Assembly (NCBI GenBank): GCA_009103225.1
Contig: RHPI01001052.1
Span: 124,001-188,000 of the forward strand
Source: Chlorokybus atmophyticus
Taxonomy: Eukaryota; Plantae; Mesostigma and Chlorokybus algae
Reading direction: 5' to 3'
DNA length: 64,000 nucleotides
The position numbers were made by a program, and so were the translations under genes. The notes below the pieces were generated by a model, which saw only the letters and a program-made list of their open reading frames with translations, searched no databases and had not been told where the DNA came from. This document shows positions 25,100-38,243 of this stretch, piece after piece. Every line of letters starts with the position of its first letter. Position 1 is the stretch's first letter.

Positions 25100-28000
25100 T
25101 TATCTCAACGACGGGCTCGTCCTCCCCAGCACCAACCGCGGCAGTGCTCCCGACCCTCCCCCTCCTCCCCCATCCAACGAGGCAGAAGCATTGCCTGCCG
25201 TGAGGGCCGCCAGCTGCTCCGCCCGGATGTCGCGCTTCGCCGTGTAAAAGGAAGGCGGGGGATGCACACTACCCGCAGGACCCGACAACCCTGTACGAGG
25301 AGTTGTTGGTTGTACACGTACACATACTCAAAGCATACGCACGCACGCCCCCCNNNNNNNNNNNNNNNNNNNNNNNNNNNNNNNNNNNNNNNNNNNNNNN
25401 NNNNNNNNNNNNNNNNNNNNNNNNNNNNNNNNNNNNNNNNNNNNNNNNNNNNNNNNNNNNNNNNNNNNNNNNNNNNNNNNNNNNNNNNNNNNNNNNNNNN
25501 NNNNNNNNNNNNNACCCACCCACACATAGTCTCTCACTCTCTCACCCGTGTGGCCCTCTGGTATCAGTGCATCCGCGGCAATGGACTTGGTCGCTAGCCT
25601 CCCGCTACTGCTCTCCCCGTTCAACGTGAACGTGGCCACCCCTCCTATGCCTCCCATCCCGTTGGTGGGACTCGGGCTCCTTCGCGTGTTGTTGTTGACT
25701 CTGTCTGCTGCGCTGGAGCTGGCCGTGCGCTGCAGCGGGACGTGAGAGGGGATGTGGGAAGGAGTCGTGGGCTTGGAGGGTGAGGGTGCGTTGAAGTTGA
25801 TTGTGGGGATGCTGGGACTGGAGTGGGAAAGGATAGGTGGAGGGGTGGGGCTTGGGGGGTTGGGTGTCGTGGAGGTTGTGGTTGGGAAGAGCTCGCGGTC
25901 GCAGGAACCGCAACGCCAACTGCTCGCTGTGCGGGTAATGTGGTGGAGTGAGATCAGATTTGTTGCGATGTGCTGAGGGGTGAAGATGCAACCATGCGTG
26001 GGAGTACATACCAGCCTCTTCCAGGCCCTTCGCCAGCAGTAGAGGGGCTCCTCCTGTGCCACCTCCGCCTTGTGCGTGCTCGCGCCCTACGGCGGCAGCC
26101 ATGTCCCCAACAGCCTACAAGATAGCAATAAGATGTCTATCATGTCTATCACATGCGTGTTGAGGCATGCATGCATGCGCATGCGCTGGCATGCTTTATG
26201 TACACACGCACACCCGCCTCCACCCGCCTACAAGCGCAAGCAAGCGCACTGGCACGCTGTTAACTGGCGCGTACACGTGCTCACGTGAACGCGTATGCCC
26301 GCGCACGCATGCTCACAATCGCACAAGCACGTGCACACACAGGCACTCACATACACATGTGTTACATGCACGCGCATGCACACGTACACCATCAACACAT
26401 GTTTCGACTTCAGCCTCTACCTTCAGGACTCGCTGTAGGTCACGTGTGTCCGGTCGTGCCTTTAGCGTGTTTGCAAGTTCATCTCGCAGGCGTTCGATGC
26501 CGGCGTGGAGGGCAGACAGTTCCGCTTGGACGTGAGCTGCCGGGGCGCGCTTGGTGACGGCATCCTGGAGGCGTGCAAGGGCGTCCTCGAGGCGGGCCAC
26601 ACGGCCGCGCTCGGCCTCGCGCGCCTCCGCCAGAGCCGCCATCTCCGCACGCACAACGCCACGAAGCTCGTTGAGGTCCCTTGACGCCCTCACGACTCCA
26701 CCACTCCTCTACACATCAACATGATGCTCACACGCGCCGAGACGCGCGCACACATGCACACGAGCGCACAACCGCGCGCGCACGCACGCACGCACGCACG
26801 CACACGCACTTTAAGCCTTCTCCTTGTCTCACCTCAGTGATGATGCTGTCGCGGTGGGAGTCTTTGCCCTCTCCCTTGTACGTGGCAGAGGGCCCCTCCT
26901 TGCTGGCGCTGTTGTCCTTGACGTGTGCGGGGGCGGCGTGAACGGCGCTGGCGACACGGTCGGCGACTGCCTTCTCCGCGTCAGCCTTGGCCTCCTTTCT
27001 GACATCTTGCATCATTGCACCGAATTCGTCCCGCAGGTCCCGCACCTACAAGCAGCGGAGTGTGTGCGTGTGCGTGTGTGCGTGAGTGATACAAAGCCAA
27101 CACGCGTGATGACAAGATCTTTCCATGTACCTCATCTTCCACAATCTTTGCTGCCGCGACCCTTGCGCTCTGTTCCGCCATGGAGTGCGCGAACGACACT
27201 CTTCTCGCCATGGCCGCCACGGCCGCGTTGATCCTCGCGATCTCCTCCGCCAGCGACGCCGCGGACACGGGGCCCCCTGACGCTGTCGCGGGTTTGACCG
27301 GAGGAGGACTTGTCGGCGGAGGAGGCGGTGAAGTGGGAGAGGAGGCGTCGGGGTCGCCGGGAGGGAGGACGGAGGCGTCGCGGGCGGCAACGGCCTGCGC
27401 GGGTGGGTGAGTGGATGGGGTGGGTGGGTGTGCATGTGACAGATTTCAATGGTTGGCATACCACGAGGATGTCCTTTTCGAGGGTCTGGCGGACGTCGAT
27501 GACCATCGCGCGGTCGGCTTTGCCACGTATGGCACGCCTCACCTCGATCAGCTGCCTGTCCGTCGCCGCCGCCAGCGCCTCCATGCCCTGCGCATGTGTG
27601 TCACAAGCAAGCCAACACAAATACCGCATGCGTAGCTGAGTTGTTGCCTGCATCAGACGCACGCACAAGTGCACTCATGCACGCACCTCTCGGTTTGCGA
27701 ACATTCCCGACGCGTGGCTCATCTTCGCGTCCGCGTCCGCCTTGACGTCCGCGAGCTGTGCTAGCACAGACTCGTTACTCCCCGCCCTCTCAATCCTCTC
27801 TCTCTCCATGTCGAGCGCCATCCCCCCGACGGTCTCCTGCAGTCTTGCCAGGGCCGCCCCGCACTCGGCCGTCTTGGACGCGGTGGTGGCCAGGTTTGTG
27901 TTGAGGGCAACAGCGGCAGACTCCCACTCGGAGGAGCGGCGGGCGAGACCGGCCTGGCAGGAGGCGATGGAGGCGGCGTGCTCGTCGAGTTGGGATTGAA

Positions 28001-29441
28001 GAGCCTCCGTTACACCGGCGTCCAGCGCCACGCCGCCGTTGGCCTGCGCATGTGGGTGGATGTGTGATGGGTCGGTGTGCTGGTTTGCGTGCGTGCGTGC
28101 GTGCGTGTGCATGCGTGAGCGTCCGTCTGACTGCGTCTAAGTGCCTGCATACGTGATTGCCTGTATGCGCGCATTTGCGGCGCACGTACACACACGCTTG
28201 CGCGTGCCTGCGTGTGGGTGCATGCATGTGTTCACGCCATCATGTCTTTCAACCATGTCACCTTGGGTGCGGCTGGTGTCGACGCCGCATCCCCCCCGTT
28301 CCCCGCCCTCATCTCCTGCTCCATCGCCGCCACCCTCCCCTCGATCGCCGCCACATCCCCCGCCAGCCTCGCGTCCGCCGCCTGTCCCCTGGCCGCCACC
28401 TGGCTCATCCTCGCCGCCTGTCCCGCCATCCCCTCCGCCATCTCCGCCACGCTCCTCTCCACCCTGCCCGCTCTCTCATCCGCGGCGTCGGCCCTGCGCT
28501 CCGAGGCGAGCAGGTGCGCGTCCGTCTCGGCGCGGTTGCGGTCGAGGGAGGCGTGGAGGGACTGGAGGGAGGAGTCGAAGTCGTCCATGCGGAGGGTGGC
28601 GAAGCGACGGGACTCGGAGACGTCCTTCTGGAAGACGGCGAAACGGTCCAGGGAGACCTTTTTTGTCAAGGAGTACTCGAGCTCCGCGATGAGACCGCGC
28701 TGCTCCTTCAGAGCCTTCACGACGGTCTCGCAGAAGGCCTGCAACGAACACATAACAATGATGTGTCACTGTTGTTGGCACTCGCACTCGCACACGCACA
28801 CGCGCACGCGCACGCTCCCTCTTTCTTTCTCTCTCGCAAGCATGCACGCACAGTTGCTCATTGTTGCTTTGCACACTTACTCGCACACTTTTGCAGGGTC
28901 ACAATCACTGACTCATGTTCAAGATTTCACTCACTTGCAAGGGCTGGTGGTTGTGCACTAGCTTGATCTCTACCACGTTGGCGAACGGCGTCTCGTCCAG
29001 CATTTCAAAAAGCGGGTTCCCCTCCACACCATTGCTGTGCACCAGGTGTCATCGCGGCGAGTGTTTGTACAATAACAAACTGATAACAAACAAGCCGCTG
29101 CGCCTATCAGATACAGCAGCGGACAAATGCAGGTGCCAACATAACACAAACACGAACACAGGCTTCAACTTGCTCCCTGTGTTTGATCCTAAACACACAG
29201 CACCAGTTGCAGCCTGTCTGTATGTGCGCAGGTCAGCCCTCGCATACACTGGACTACGACAACCTGGACTGTTATGCAGCTATGTGAATGTGTCAAATGT
29301 GTTTAGTACTACGCTCGTATGGTCTCCATCACCTTCACCTTGTGCTTTCCCTTTCCATCCTTACCTCTGCACTGTCCACGAGGCAGAGCGCTTCTCGTTG
29401 GCGTCGCTCCCAACAAAGTCCATCTTCATCTCCATCGTCAT
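25100..29441 (-). CDS. long coiled-coil protein of unknown function (~10 exons)
   Basis: Frame-consistent GT-AG exons: MTMEMKMDFVGSDANEK...|SNGVEGNPLFEMLDETPFANVVEIKLVHNHQPLQ|AFCETVVKALKEQRGLIAELE... several Ala/Glu/Arg heptad-rich exons ...|ASSWRCGSCDRELF...|terminal exon ending LGRTSPSLR*. One intron spans the N gap. Confidence 0.7.
25354..25513. other. assembly gap (N run)
   Basis: 160 consecutive N. Confidence 1.
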
Positions 29442-29700
29442 TGCGCCTCTCTTTCGCCAAACAAGACCAAACCAGGCCAGGCCAGGCCGGACCCACTCAC
29501 TCTCCGCCGCCCCTGCCGCCAGGCCAAACAAACACTGTGGTACAGTCACGTGACCCTACCACAATCCGGGTTCCTGCATCCGGCTCGAGCCAATCCGCCT
29601 TTGCTCTTTCAAAGCTTAGTCGATCCGGATCGGACATGCTTGTGGGCATCGTCGGCGGTGGCGCTGTGGTTGGCGGCGGTGGCGAAGCGGCGTAGTGGCC

Positions 29701-32508
29701 ATGCAGGCGCCCGTCGCGCTGCGGCTGTCGCTGCCTGCGGCAGCAGGAGGGCTCGGGGCAGGGCCGGCGAGCAGGGCGCCGCTGAGGGTGGGCGGAGGCG
29801 GCAGTAGGCGGCCCGTCCTGCTTGTCGGCGGCAGGGGTAAGAGTTGTGCCGTGAATGTAGGGTTACGGTTGAGGCGGCGGCGAGGGAGTGTTGCGACAGC
29901 TGCTCGTCGCCGTGTTGAGGATGATGGAGATGGCGAGGACGACGAAGACGATGACCTGGTAATTGAGGAGAGCGTGGAGTTGGAAGATGGGGATGATGGG
30001 GTTGATGACGATCTCGCTGAGGGAGGGCTGCTGGAGGACGCCACACTGGAGGGAGAGTTCGACGATGATGATGACGACGTGGAGCGTGACACCGAGGACG
30101 ACATTAGAGAAAGCATACAGGCCAGGTAGGCTGGGTGCAAACAAAGCAAGAATTGAGCGCTTTCTTGTTGTGAATGTGATGAGTTTGCTGACCCCATGTG
30201 TATTGACCATGCACATAATATGGTACTTAGTTGAAGCATAACCAATTGACTCCAGTATGCTGTGTTGTGTGTGAGGCCATTGTGATGGACACGCGTTGGG
30301 TGTTGTTGGATATGCAATGCATGCCTTCATTGCGCATGTGCACGCAACATATGCACACAGCAGTTGAGTAGTCCCATGCTGCTACTACCATTATACCAGT
30401 ACAATGAAGCACAGCAAGGTTGGTTATTGAATTGACTCGTCACCAGTGCAATTGTGATTGCATGTCAATACTGCAGGATCAAGAATCCAGTCTTTTGTTT
30501 TATGCACGACAATTAACTGCCAAGCATTGCAGCGTGTCAAACGCAGGCTGCTGTGTTTAGCTGTCGGTTTGCTGGAATGAGATGCTTAGCTTGTTGCTGT
30601 GGGCAGGATTACGAAGATCCGTCAGGGTCGTTTGCAGGCGGGCATCCCAGTGGAGCGCAGCGACAGGAGCGTGCGCACCTGGCGTGACCCCGAGTCAGGG
30701 GCCGCCGCCATGGTGCGGATGGCATTGGAACACGTGTGGTGCTCTTTGCTTTTAGAGGACTGATTATTGGTCATGTGACACACTGTCACGGGCAGGTGAT
30801 GATCAACGATTACGAAGCTGAGATCGACATGGACGATGAGGAGTACTGGGTCGACGCCGAGGTCCACGAGCGTTTCCTTCAGGACACGATCCGCGAAGGC
30901 ATGGAGCACGGTTGGACCACTCCCTCGTTCATTCCGCGCACGCCCATCCAACTCATTGCGCGCACGCCGGGACAGGACAAGGTCATTGCGGACTGGGCGG
31001 GGCGGTGGGCACACGAGGAGGCCGAGGAGGTGCGCGAGGAGGCCGCAGCCAAGCAGGCCGCAGAGCAGGCCGCCGAGGACGCTAGTGCCGGCGCGGCGGA
31101 GCTACGTGGCGATGAGGACGAGGCGGAGAACAAGTTTGATTGGATCCTTGGAAGCGATGCCAAAAGGCAGCAGGAGGAGAGGAGGCGTGAACGACGTGCG
31201 GAAGAGCAGCAGCGGCAGCAGCAGCAGCTGGCGACGGCTGCAGAGGCGGCTGCCGCCGAGGAAGCCCAGACGGTTAGTGCTTGCATGACTGTGACGCATG
31301 TGGTGTGCATTGTACAGTGCTGGCGACTCAGCGCTGATCGACTGGAATAACAGATTGCAAAGGCCTGTTGCGACTGTTATGCTAGTACACAAGTTGCGAG
31401 TCTGTGTGGCTGCGTTGTGCAAGGCACTCGCCGGTGTGCTGAAGTCGGTAACTGTGTTTTGCTGTGTGGAGTCATCATGCATGAGTATATGCGTGCTTTG
31501 CACATGGTTGACTGACCATCAGAAGGCTTCAGGAAGCTGATGCTTGTTGCACCCCCGGTTGCACAGATTCAAGACCTTGAAGACGTTGAGGAAGAGCTGG
31601 ATCCAAGCGACTTCTACGTCAGCATGATGGAGGAGAGGCCGCTGCGTATCAGCACGCTCAGCCACCAGAAGGATGTGCGCATGAAGCACGTCAAGCGGAC
31701 CGTGTTCGATTGGGATGAGGAGCGCATCAAAGAATGTAAGACCTCACGCGCTGGAAATAACTATCGTTCGCTGACATGGTGTTTAATAACGTCTTTTTGT
31801 ATGCCTGCAGTCATCAACTTCAGCCCCATCGATCCCAAGCATTTGACCATTGAGAGGCCCGCAGAGCGCGCAAACTACCGCGTGATGTATGGGTACAGGC
31901 CCGGCTTCGAGGAGGTCATGGAAGCGGAGGGCCGCCTCATCGACAGGTCTCCTGTCAGCTCGGCTGTTGACGAGGCCAGCCTGTTGAACACCGACTTCCC
32001 TGATTTCCTTGAAGGGGGCATGGACGCCATTGGCAGCGCTGTGGACATTGGCGATGATGAGGAGGACGCCGTTGACGACCCACTTGAAGCAGTCATCGAC
32101 GATGATGACACAGAGGTTGGCACTTCTGCAGGTCCCGTCTCCAAACCAAAACGGACCGAAGGTGAGCACCCTTCTGCATACGCACATGCACATGCACACG
32201 CATATAGCCATTAACACTTGGTCAGCCTGCGGAGTGGCACACTTGGTCAAGGCACATGCTCATTGCTGGGGGTTAGACTAGCTGATCCCTATGCAGACGC
32301 GGATCCGGGCGACGACTGGGAGCCGGAGGAGCTCGAGGACGAGGAGGTGGTGGAGGACGTGCTGGTGGACGAGGAGACCAGCGACGGCGTGGACGCGGGC
32401 GGGGGTGGGGGCCGAGGCAGCGGCAGCCGAGGGACGAGAGGCCGCAAGGACTCCCGCAGACCGCAGTCGAGGTCCGCGGGCAGCGCGTGGGAGGAGAACG
32501 AGGAGTAG
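29701..32508 (+). CDS. acidic protein with plastid-transit-peptide-like N-terminus, function unknown (~6 exons)
   Basis: MQAPVALRLSLPAAAGG...RRRRGSVATAARRR (Arg/Ala/Ser-rich, no acidic residues) is followed by D/E tracts. Frame-consistent exons include ITKIRQGRLQAG..WRDPESG, VMINDYEAEIDMDDEEYWVD, RPLRISTLSHQKDVRMKHVKRTVFDWDEE and INFSPIDPKHL, ending SAWEENEE*. Confidence 0.7.
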
Positions 32509-32957
32509 TACGCAGCGGCAGTTTGGGAGCTGGAAGTAACCCCAAACAACAGATGTGTAGCTGTGCGCGCGAAGCTTCAGAGCATGTGGGAGTGCTCTGC
32601 ACGGTCACTAGTGTAGCGGCTGATTGCTTGCACAAGCGCCCGTTGGTCTGTATCTGTGGGCTGGCTGATTAGGCGTGCTGGAGTGTTAAACCACACGCGT
32701 GTAGGCAGCTGGTCTACTATCTAGTTTGTAGTTGAAGGCTGGCGGACAGTTGCTTCTGTCTGGGTTGCAGTGACTGTTTGAGACACGGCTGGACATGTTG
32801 GAGAGAAAGAACGTGACAAACAATTTGTGATGCAGCCACATTGACAACAGTGCGGAATGTGACAATGAGTTGACATGCGCCATGCATTGACCTTGACTTG
32901 CAACATGTTGAGGCAGGCTTAAAGCAGCAGTACCCACACAGCAAGTGTTGGTACGTA

Positions 32958-35900
32958 TCAGCTGTGGGCCCAGGTGTGTATGGCATTGTTGAGTTGTGTG
33001 GTGCGCGAGTGGAGGCTCTCATGCAGCCACCTGAGGAATTCCTCACCGGCGCGCTCATCGGACATGCCTACGAGGAGGGAGTCACGTAGGTAGTGTATGT
33101 CCTCAGCGGTCTGGAGCTCGGGCATGCCGGAGGTGAGCATGAGCTTGAAGAGCGCGATGAACAGGTTTGCGTGGCGTCTAATCACGTTGAAGGCACGCAC
33201 GCAAAGAAGCTCGAAGCGGCGAAAGCGCGGGTCGCCCTCCCCGCCCATGACGTGGGCAAAGTCTGGCGTAAACACGAAGCGCGTACGCTCACGACGCAGA
33301 CCGAACTTTGACTTGAAGTTGCCAAGAAAGTGTCCGAAGTCGATGTGGAACAACGTGCCGTCGGTGGCGAGCATGACGTTGTCGTTGTGTCTGTCCCCAA
33401 CGCCCAGTACGCACGTGGCCACGCAGGCCGCCGCGGCCGAGCGCGCGAAGCGGTCCGCGCACTCGGCCCACTGCGCCGGCGCAGGGTTCCAGCGCGCCAG
33501 CCAGTTTGAGATGATATCCTCGCGGAAGCACGCCACGCCGCCTCCTGCCGCACGAGCGATGTTGGACGTCGTGTCCGCGTCGCCCACCACGGCGAGGAAA
33601 CCCGCGTCCGGCGACACCGCTGCGCACGCGTACGTGCGCACCTCGAGGTCGAGACCCGCACCCGACCACAGCTCACCCATCAGCCGCAGCAGATGCAGCG
33701 TCAACATGTCCTGCCGCAGGTCGTCTCCACACTTGAACAGCACCATGCGCTGCATCGCTGGTTGCTGTTGTTGCTGTAGTTGTTGTGGTTGTGTCGATGT
33801 CGACATCCTGAGGGTCTCCCGGTCCCTCGCCCCCTCCAACACCAACCACAGCGGCTGCTTCTTGCTCGACAGCACCCGACACGCCGCCACATCAAACCCG
33901 CCCGCCTCAAACCTGACGGCAACAAGCCAAGTTGTTACAGTCAAGCTCTCTCACACTCTTGTACCTACAAGTAGACATACATGTACACACACGCGTGTCC
34001 ACGTACCGCGGGTCTATTGGCAGGGAGAAGCGCGCGGGCATGCGTATCCTTCTTAGCGCTGCGTGGAGGGCGGCTCTCTTCTCTGCGGTGTGGCCGGGGC
34101 CCTTCCCACCGCCGCTGCCGCTATCGGTCTGCTGCTCCTTGATGTCCTCTGCCACGCGACGCAAGGCGGACGTCGCGCTCACCTGCGCAACGAGCGCAGC
34201 CCTCACGCGTGAACCGCAGTGACGCAGGTACGCTGTCAACAACGCCAACACGCGCGACAGGGGCGAGGAGGAGGTGGTGGTGGTGGTGGTGGTGGTCGTG
34301 GAGGATAGGCGTATGGCCTCCACTCTGAGCATCCAGAAGAGGTTGAAGCCGAGCGCGGGGCTACGAAGGGCGCGTACCAGCAGGAAGCGCGCGATGGGGG
34401 AGCGCGCGGGGTCGCGGTCGAAGCGAAGCGCCTGCACGAGGGGCAGCAAACATAGAGGAAGCAGCGCGTCGTCGTCACGCAGAGATGCAAGATGATTCAG
34501 CGCCAGCTCGCGAATGCGCTCGTCAGCGTACTCCTCGCACAGCAGCTGAGGGACACACACGTACACGCACACGTGAGCGAGACAGTGTTGGGTAGCTCTG
34601 TGGTATGTATAGCGCACGCACACCTGCAATGCTTCCAACGGGTGCTCTGGTGTCCACGCTGCCAGCAACCTGCACGTCCGATTGTACTATGTTGGCAGAT
34701 CTGTCATTAACGTGAGCTCAGACAAGTCTGCGTGCGGGTACCTGTGGGCGTGACACACAGCAGCGCGGGAGCCGTACGGCACGCAGAGCAGGGCTCTGGG
34801 CAGGGCCGAAGCGGGCAGCTGTACTCTGCTGCGGCCGCGACGCGCGAGGGCGGCCCACACGGCACTGCGCACGTCTGCTGCTGGAACTCCGCTCAACGGA
34901 TCTGCGTTGGGGAAATGTGGGTGCGCCACCGTGCGTGCGTGTGCGTACATACGTGCACGTGGTTGCGTGCATGTGCGCGCACAAGCGGGTGCGCATCTGT
35001 GTGAGTGTATCCAGACGCGTGTATGTGCATGCGTTCTGTTGCGCGTGCTACTAGTTGCGGTTCCTATGCACCGTGTTGCGGGGATGTGCATAGAGCTATG
35101 AATAAAGCAACAGCCCCAACCTGCGCTGAGTGCTTCCCGCACCACCGTCTCCTCGCCCCCCACCCCGCGTCCACTGCTGGACGGCCTCTCATCCTCCTCC
35201 CCCATAACACCCTCCTCCCCGTCATCCAGAGTGTGCACGACAGTCACCGCCCGCTTGTCCAGCCCCAATCCCAGCACTCCCACACCATCGTCATCCCCGC
35301 ACACCAAAGACAACCGCAGCGGCCCCGTGCGCAGCCTCCCGCGCAAGTCGAACAGGTACGCGCTGGCTTCACCAACGAGGACGTTGTTGTTGTTGTCCTC
35401 GGCCCCGTGCGTGACGCGGCAGCAGATGCGAGCCTCCCGCGGCAGGTCGGAGGTGTTGGTGTTGGGGAGAGTCACCCACCGGAGCCACGACGTGGCGGGA
35501 CCACCCAACCCGGGAATGGTGCAAGTGGCTGGGGTGGCTGGGGTGCAGATTGGATGGCTGATGGCCTGGCTTCCGTGCTTCCTGCAGTGTGCAACCATTG
35601 GCAACTGTGTGTGTCTGCGTGCGTGCGCGCATGTATGTGTGCGTGTGTGCGCGTGGCAAATGCCTGCATGCGTACAGTGTGATGGTGAGGTTGAAGCTGC
35701 CGCTATTGGCGGCGGGAGTGACACTGGATGTTGGACGGTATAGCTCGCCCACGAATATCCTGTTGGCAGAATGAAATGTTGAATGCGTATGCTGCATGTC
35801 ACCAAGCTCCTACGCGAGATGTGACATGATCGAGTCTTGTGTACAGCACTAGTAATCATCAACCCCACGTTGTTACTGGAAGAGAAAAAATCCACTGCCC

Positions 35901-38243
35901 GCGTGTATGTGCGTGTGCGTGCGTGTGTTACCTGAGTTTCCCTAGCAGCTGCGCCAGAGGCACACACTTCCGCACTCTCGCCCTCATGTCCAGACCATTA
36001 TGTCCGTTGGCACCGTCCTGTTTCCCGCTGCTGCACACCGACACAGACCGGCGCTCCCGTGCTCGATCATCCACATCATCAGCATCGTCGTCACCACTTC
36101 CACCACCGTCCTCACTCTCGCTATTCCTATCGCTGTCGTCCTGCTCCCCTTCCTCCCTCCACCGCGCGAGGTGTATGAGCAGCGGGGGGCTTCCGTCGCG
36201 TGGTCTGAGGTAGTCCCCTACGACGCGACGCGGATCCAGGAAGGCGGCCTCGCGCGCCAGACGCAGCGCGTACGCACCCGCGTCGCTCCAACCGCCGCTG
36301 CCACCAACGGACGACCGCGGGCTGTCCACCACGTCCACGCTATGGCCGCGGCCTCGGGCGTCGTCGTAGTCACCGAGAGTGCTTGTGCGCGTGAGGTCGA
36401 GCACCTCGTAGGGCACCGTGAGACGGTACGCCTGGAGAAGACGACCCTGCAGAGCGCTCACCCGCTCGCCAGCTGAGAGGGGGAGTGTTGGTTGGTTGGT
36501 GTTTGTATGCCAGCACGCACGTGCGTGCGCATATGTGGGATGCATGTGCAAAATGTACTCATTGCTGTGTGCCGCACGCACGTGTTTAAGATGTCATGGC
36601 GAATCTCATTATCAACAGACGCTTGTAGACTGCTGTCACTGAGACCCACCTGAGGTGGTGACGGTGAGGCAGGTCTCGTCGTCTCCGGGGAACCAGCATC
36701 GGCACTTGACGGGCCCGGAGGGCGAACCCGGCGGCGTGGAGGTGGCGGACGACACTGACCGCGACAGCGAGGACGACGACATCGATGCGGTGCTGGATGT
36801 GGTTGAGGACACGGAGGAGGCGTGGAGGCCTCGCGCGCCTGCACCCGACGCCGCTGCGGATGTGGGCTCCGCGTACAGCACCCAAGGGACGGATGTCTCC
36901 CTCAGCAACGCTCCGATCTCCCTGACAGAAACCAGAGAACACACTTTGCGTGTGAGCGTGTGTGCGTGCGCATCAAAGTTGAGGGTGCTGACGTTTGAGG
37001 CGTTGTTCAGATCACTGACTTGAATCGTATCCTGTCTGCGGCGTCAATGCTGATTTCGGCGTGGCTGCCGAGAAGAGACCGCACTTCCGCGCGGCGCTGC
37101 TCTCGGCGCTTTAGGGTTCGCTGCACGGAACCGACAAGTGAGTATCTGATTGCAACAAGCATCGTCATCATGGAAATCACAACAACTTCACCAACAGCAA
37201 TAGCAGCAGCCGCAGCAACAACAACAAACCACCTGCATCCTTCCGAAGACTCGTAAGCTCCCGAGTCCCACCCGTGCGTCTATGCCTTTCTCCAGGCACA
37301 TCTTGAACAGCCTCGTGCGGCCCATGACGTCGTCCAACACGTCCACATCGCCCCCAGCATCCGCGGCATCCCCGTCCAGGTCCCCCCCCTCGTCGGCATC
37401 TGCCCGCAGGACCAGGGAGGCGGCTACGCTGGCCCCGACAACGCATGCCAGCCGCACCGCGCATGTGCTCCACGACGTGCCGGATGGACACGCAACACCC
37501 TGCAAAAGGTATTTTGCACGTCACGCAAGCGTGTTGGGATCATGTGGATGACGGTGGCATGTGCACAGTGCGACGGTTGCTACATTACTCCTTAAATAGC
37601 ATACCGCGGATTGGAGGTGGTCTGCAATGGCGTCCCGCAGCTCCCACGTGGTCATCAAGCTGCGGCACTTCCACTCGGCCTTGACTCCCGCACGCTCGTA
37701 CACCATTCTGATCGTGGCAGTGCCATCCACATCATCGTTGTTGACGTAGTTGAGTCTGCTTGAGGCGGGTGCATCCTGGCGTGCAGTGGTTTCGTGTTGT
37801 TGTTGTTGGAGCGCATGCGCTGCGCGCTGTATGGCGCGTGCCCACTCTGCTGCGCGTTGAGGCGTGTCCGCCTGCAGCGCGTACGTCTTTGCTTTGTTCC
37901 CCTTTCGCGCTGCGATGTGGAGGAGTGCGCTGTCTCCCCCGCCCACGCCGACGGCCGCCACGGAGGCCAGGTGGATGCGACCGCGCGGCACGTCCGAGGA
38001 CCGGGAGAAGTACACCAGCGCGGACGCGTGGAGGCGGAAGTAGCGGACCTGCCAGGGGCGTAAACCGCGAGGGGACTTCTTGTGCAGGAAACCAGACTCC
38101 AGCACTGGACCGAGCGATGATGTGTCCTCCGCCAGTACTCCCATCTCCCCGCCATCGCCGTTCGTGTGCGTGTTTGCCGCGGTAGAGGCTGCAAGGACTG
38201 AGCTGCGGATCCGGCACTGCCTCGACCCACCCCAGCTCTCCAT
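32958..38243 (-). CDS. class-I-like phosphoinositide 3-kinase with N-terminal PH domain (PH - RBD-like - C2 - helical - kinase)
   Basis: PH: ESGFLHKKSPRGLRPWQVRYFRL...YALQADTPQRAAEWARAIQ. C2: WLRWVTLPNTNTSDLPREARIC...GEASAYLFDLRGRLRTG. Helical: ALPRALLCV; WTPEHPLEALQ; YADERIRELAL...LVQALRFD...FLLVRAL...FWML. Kinase: CRVLSSKKQPLWL, FKCGDDLRQDMLTL, LGVGDRHNDNVM, FHIDFGHFLGNFKSKFGLRRERTRFVFT, MLTSGMPEL. Confidence 0.9.

Noticed and set aside
32958-33944. Calling the kinase Vps34 (class III), PI4K or TOR
   Set aside because: The activation loop GNFKSKFG.RRER, the RBD-like region and the C-terminal helix pattern fit class I, not those families.
33097-34056. 319-aa plus-strand ORF (and similar ORFs at 28141-28966, 16406-16825, 10131-10682)
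   Set aside because: Antisense shadows of GC-rich real CDS; no independent motifs.
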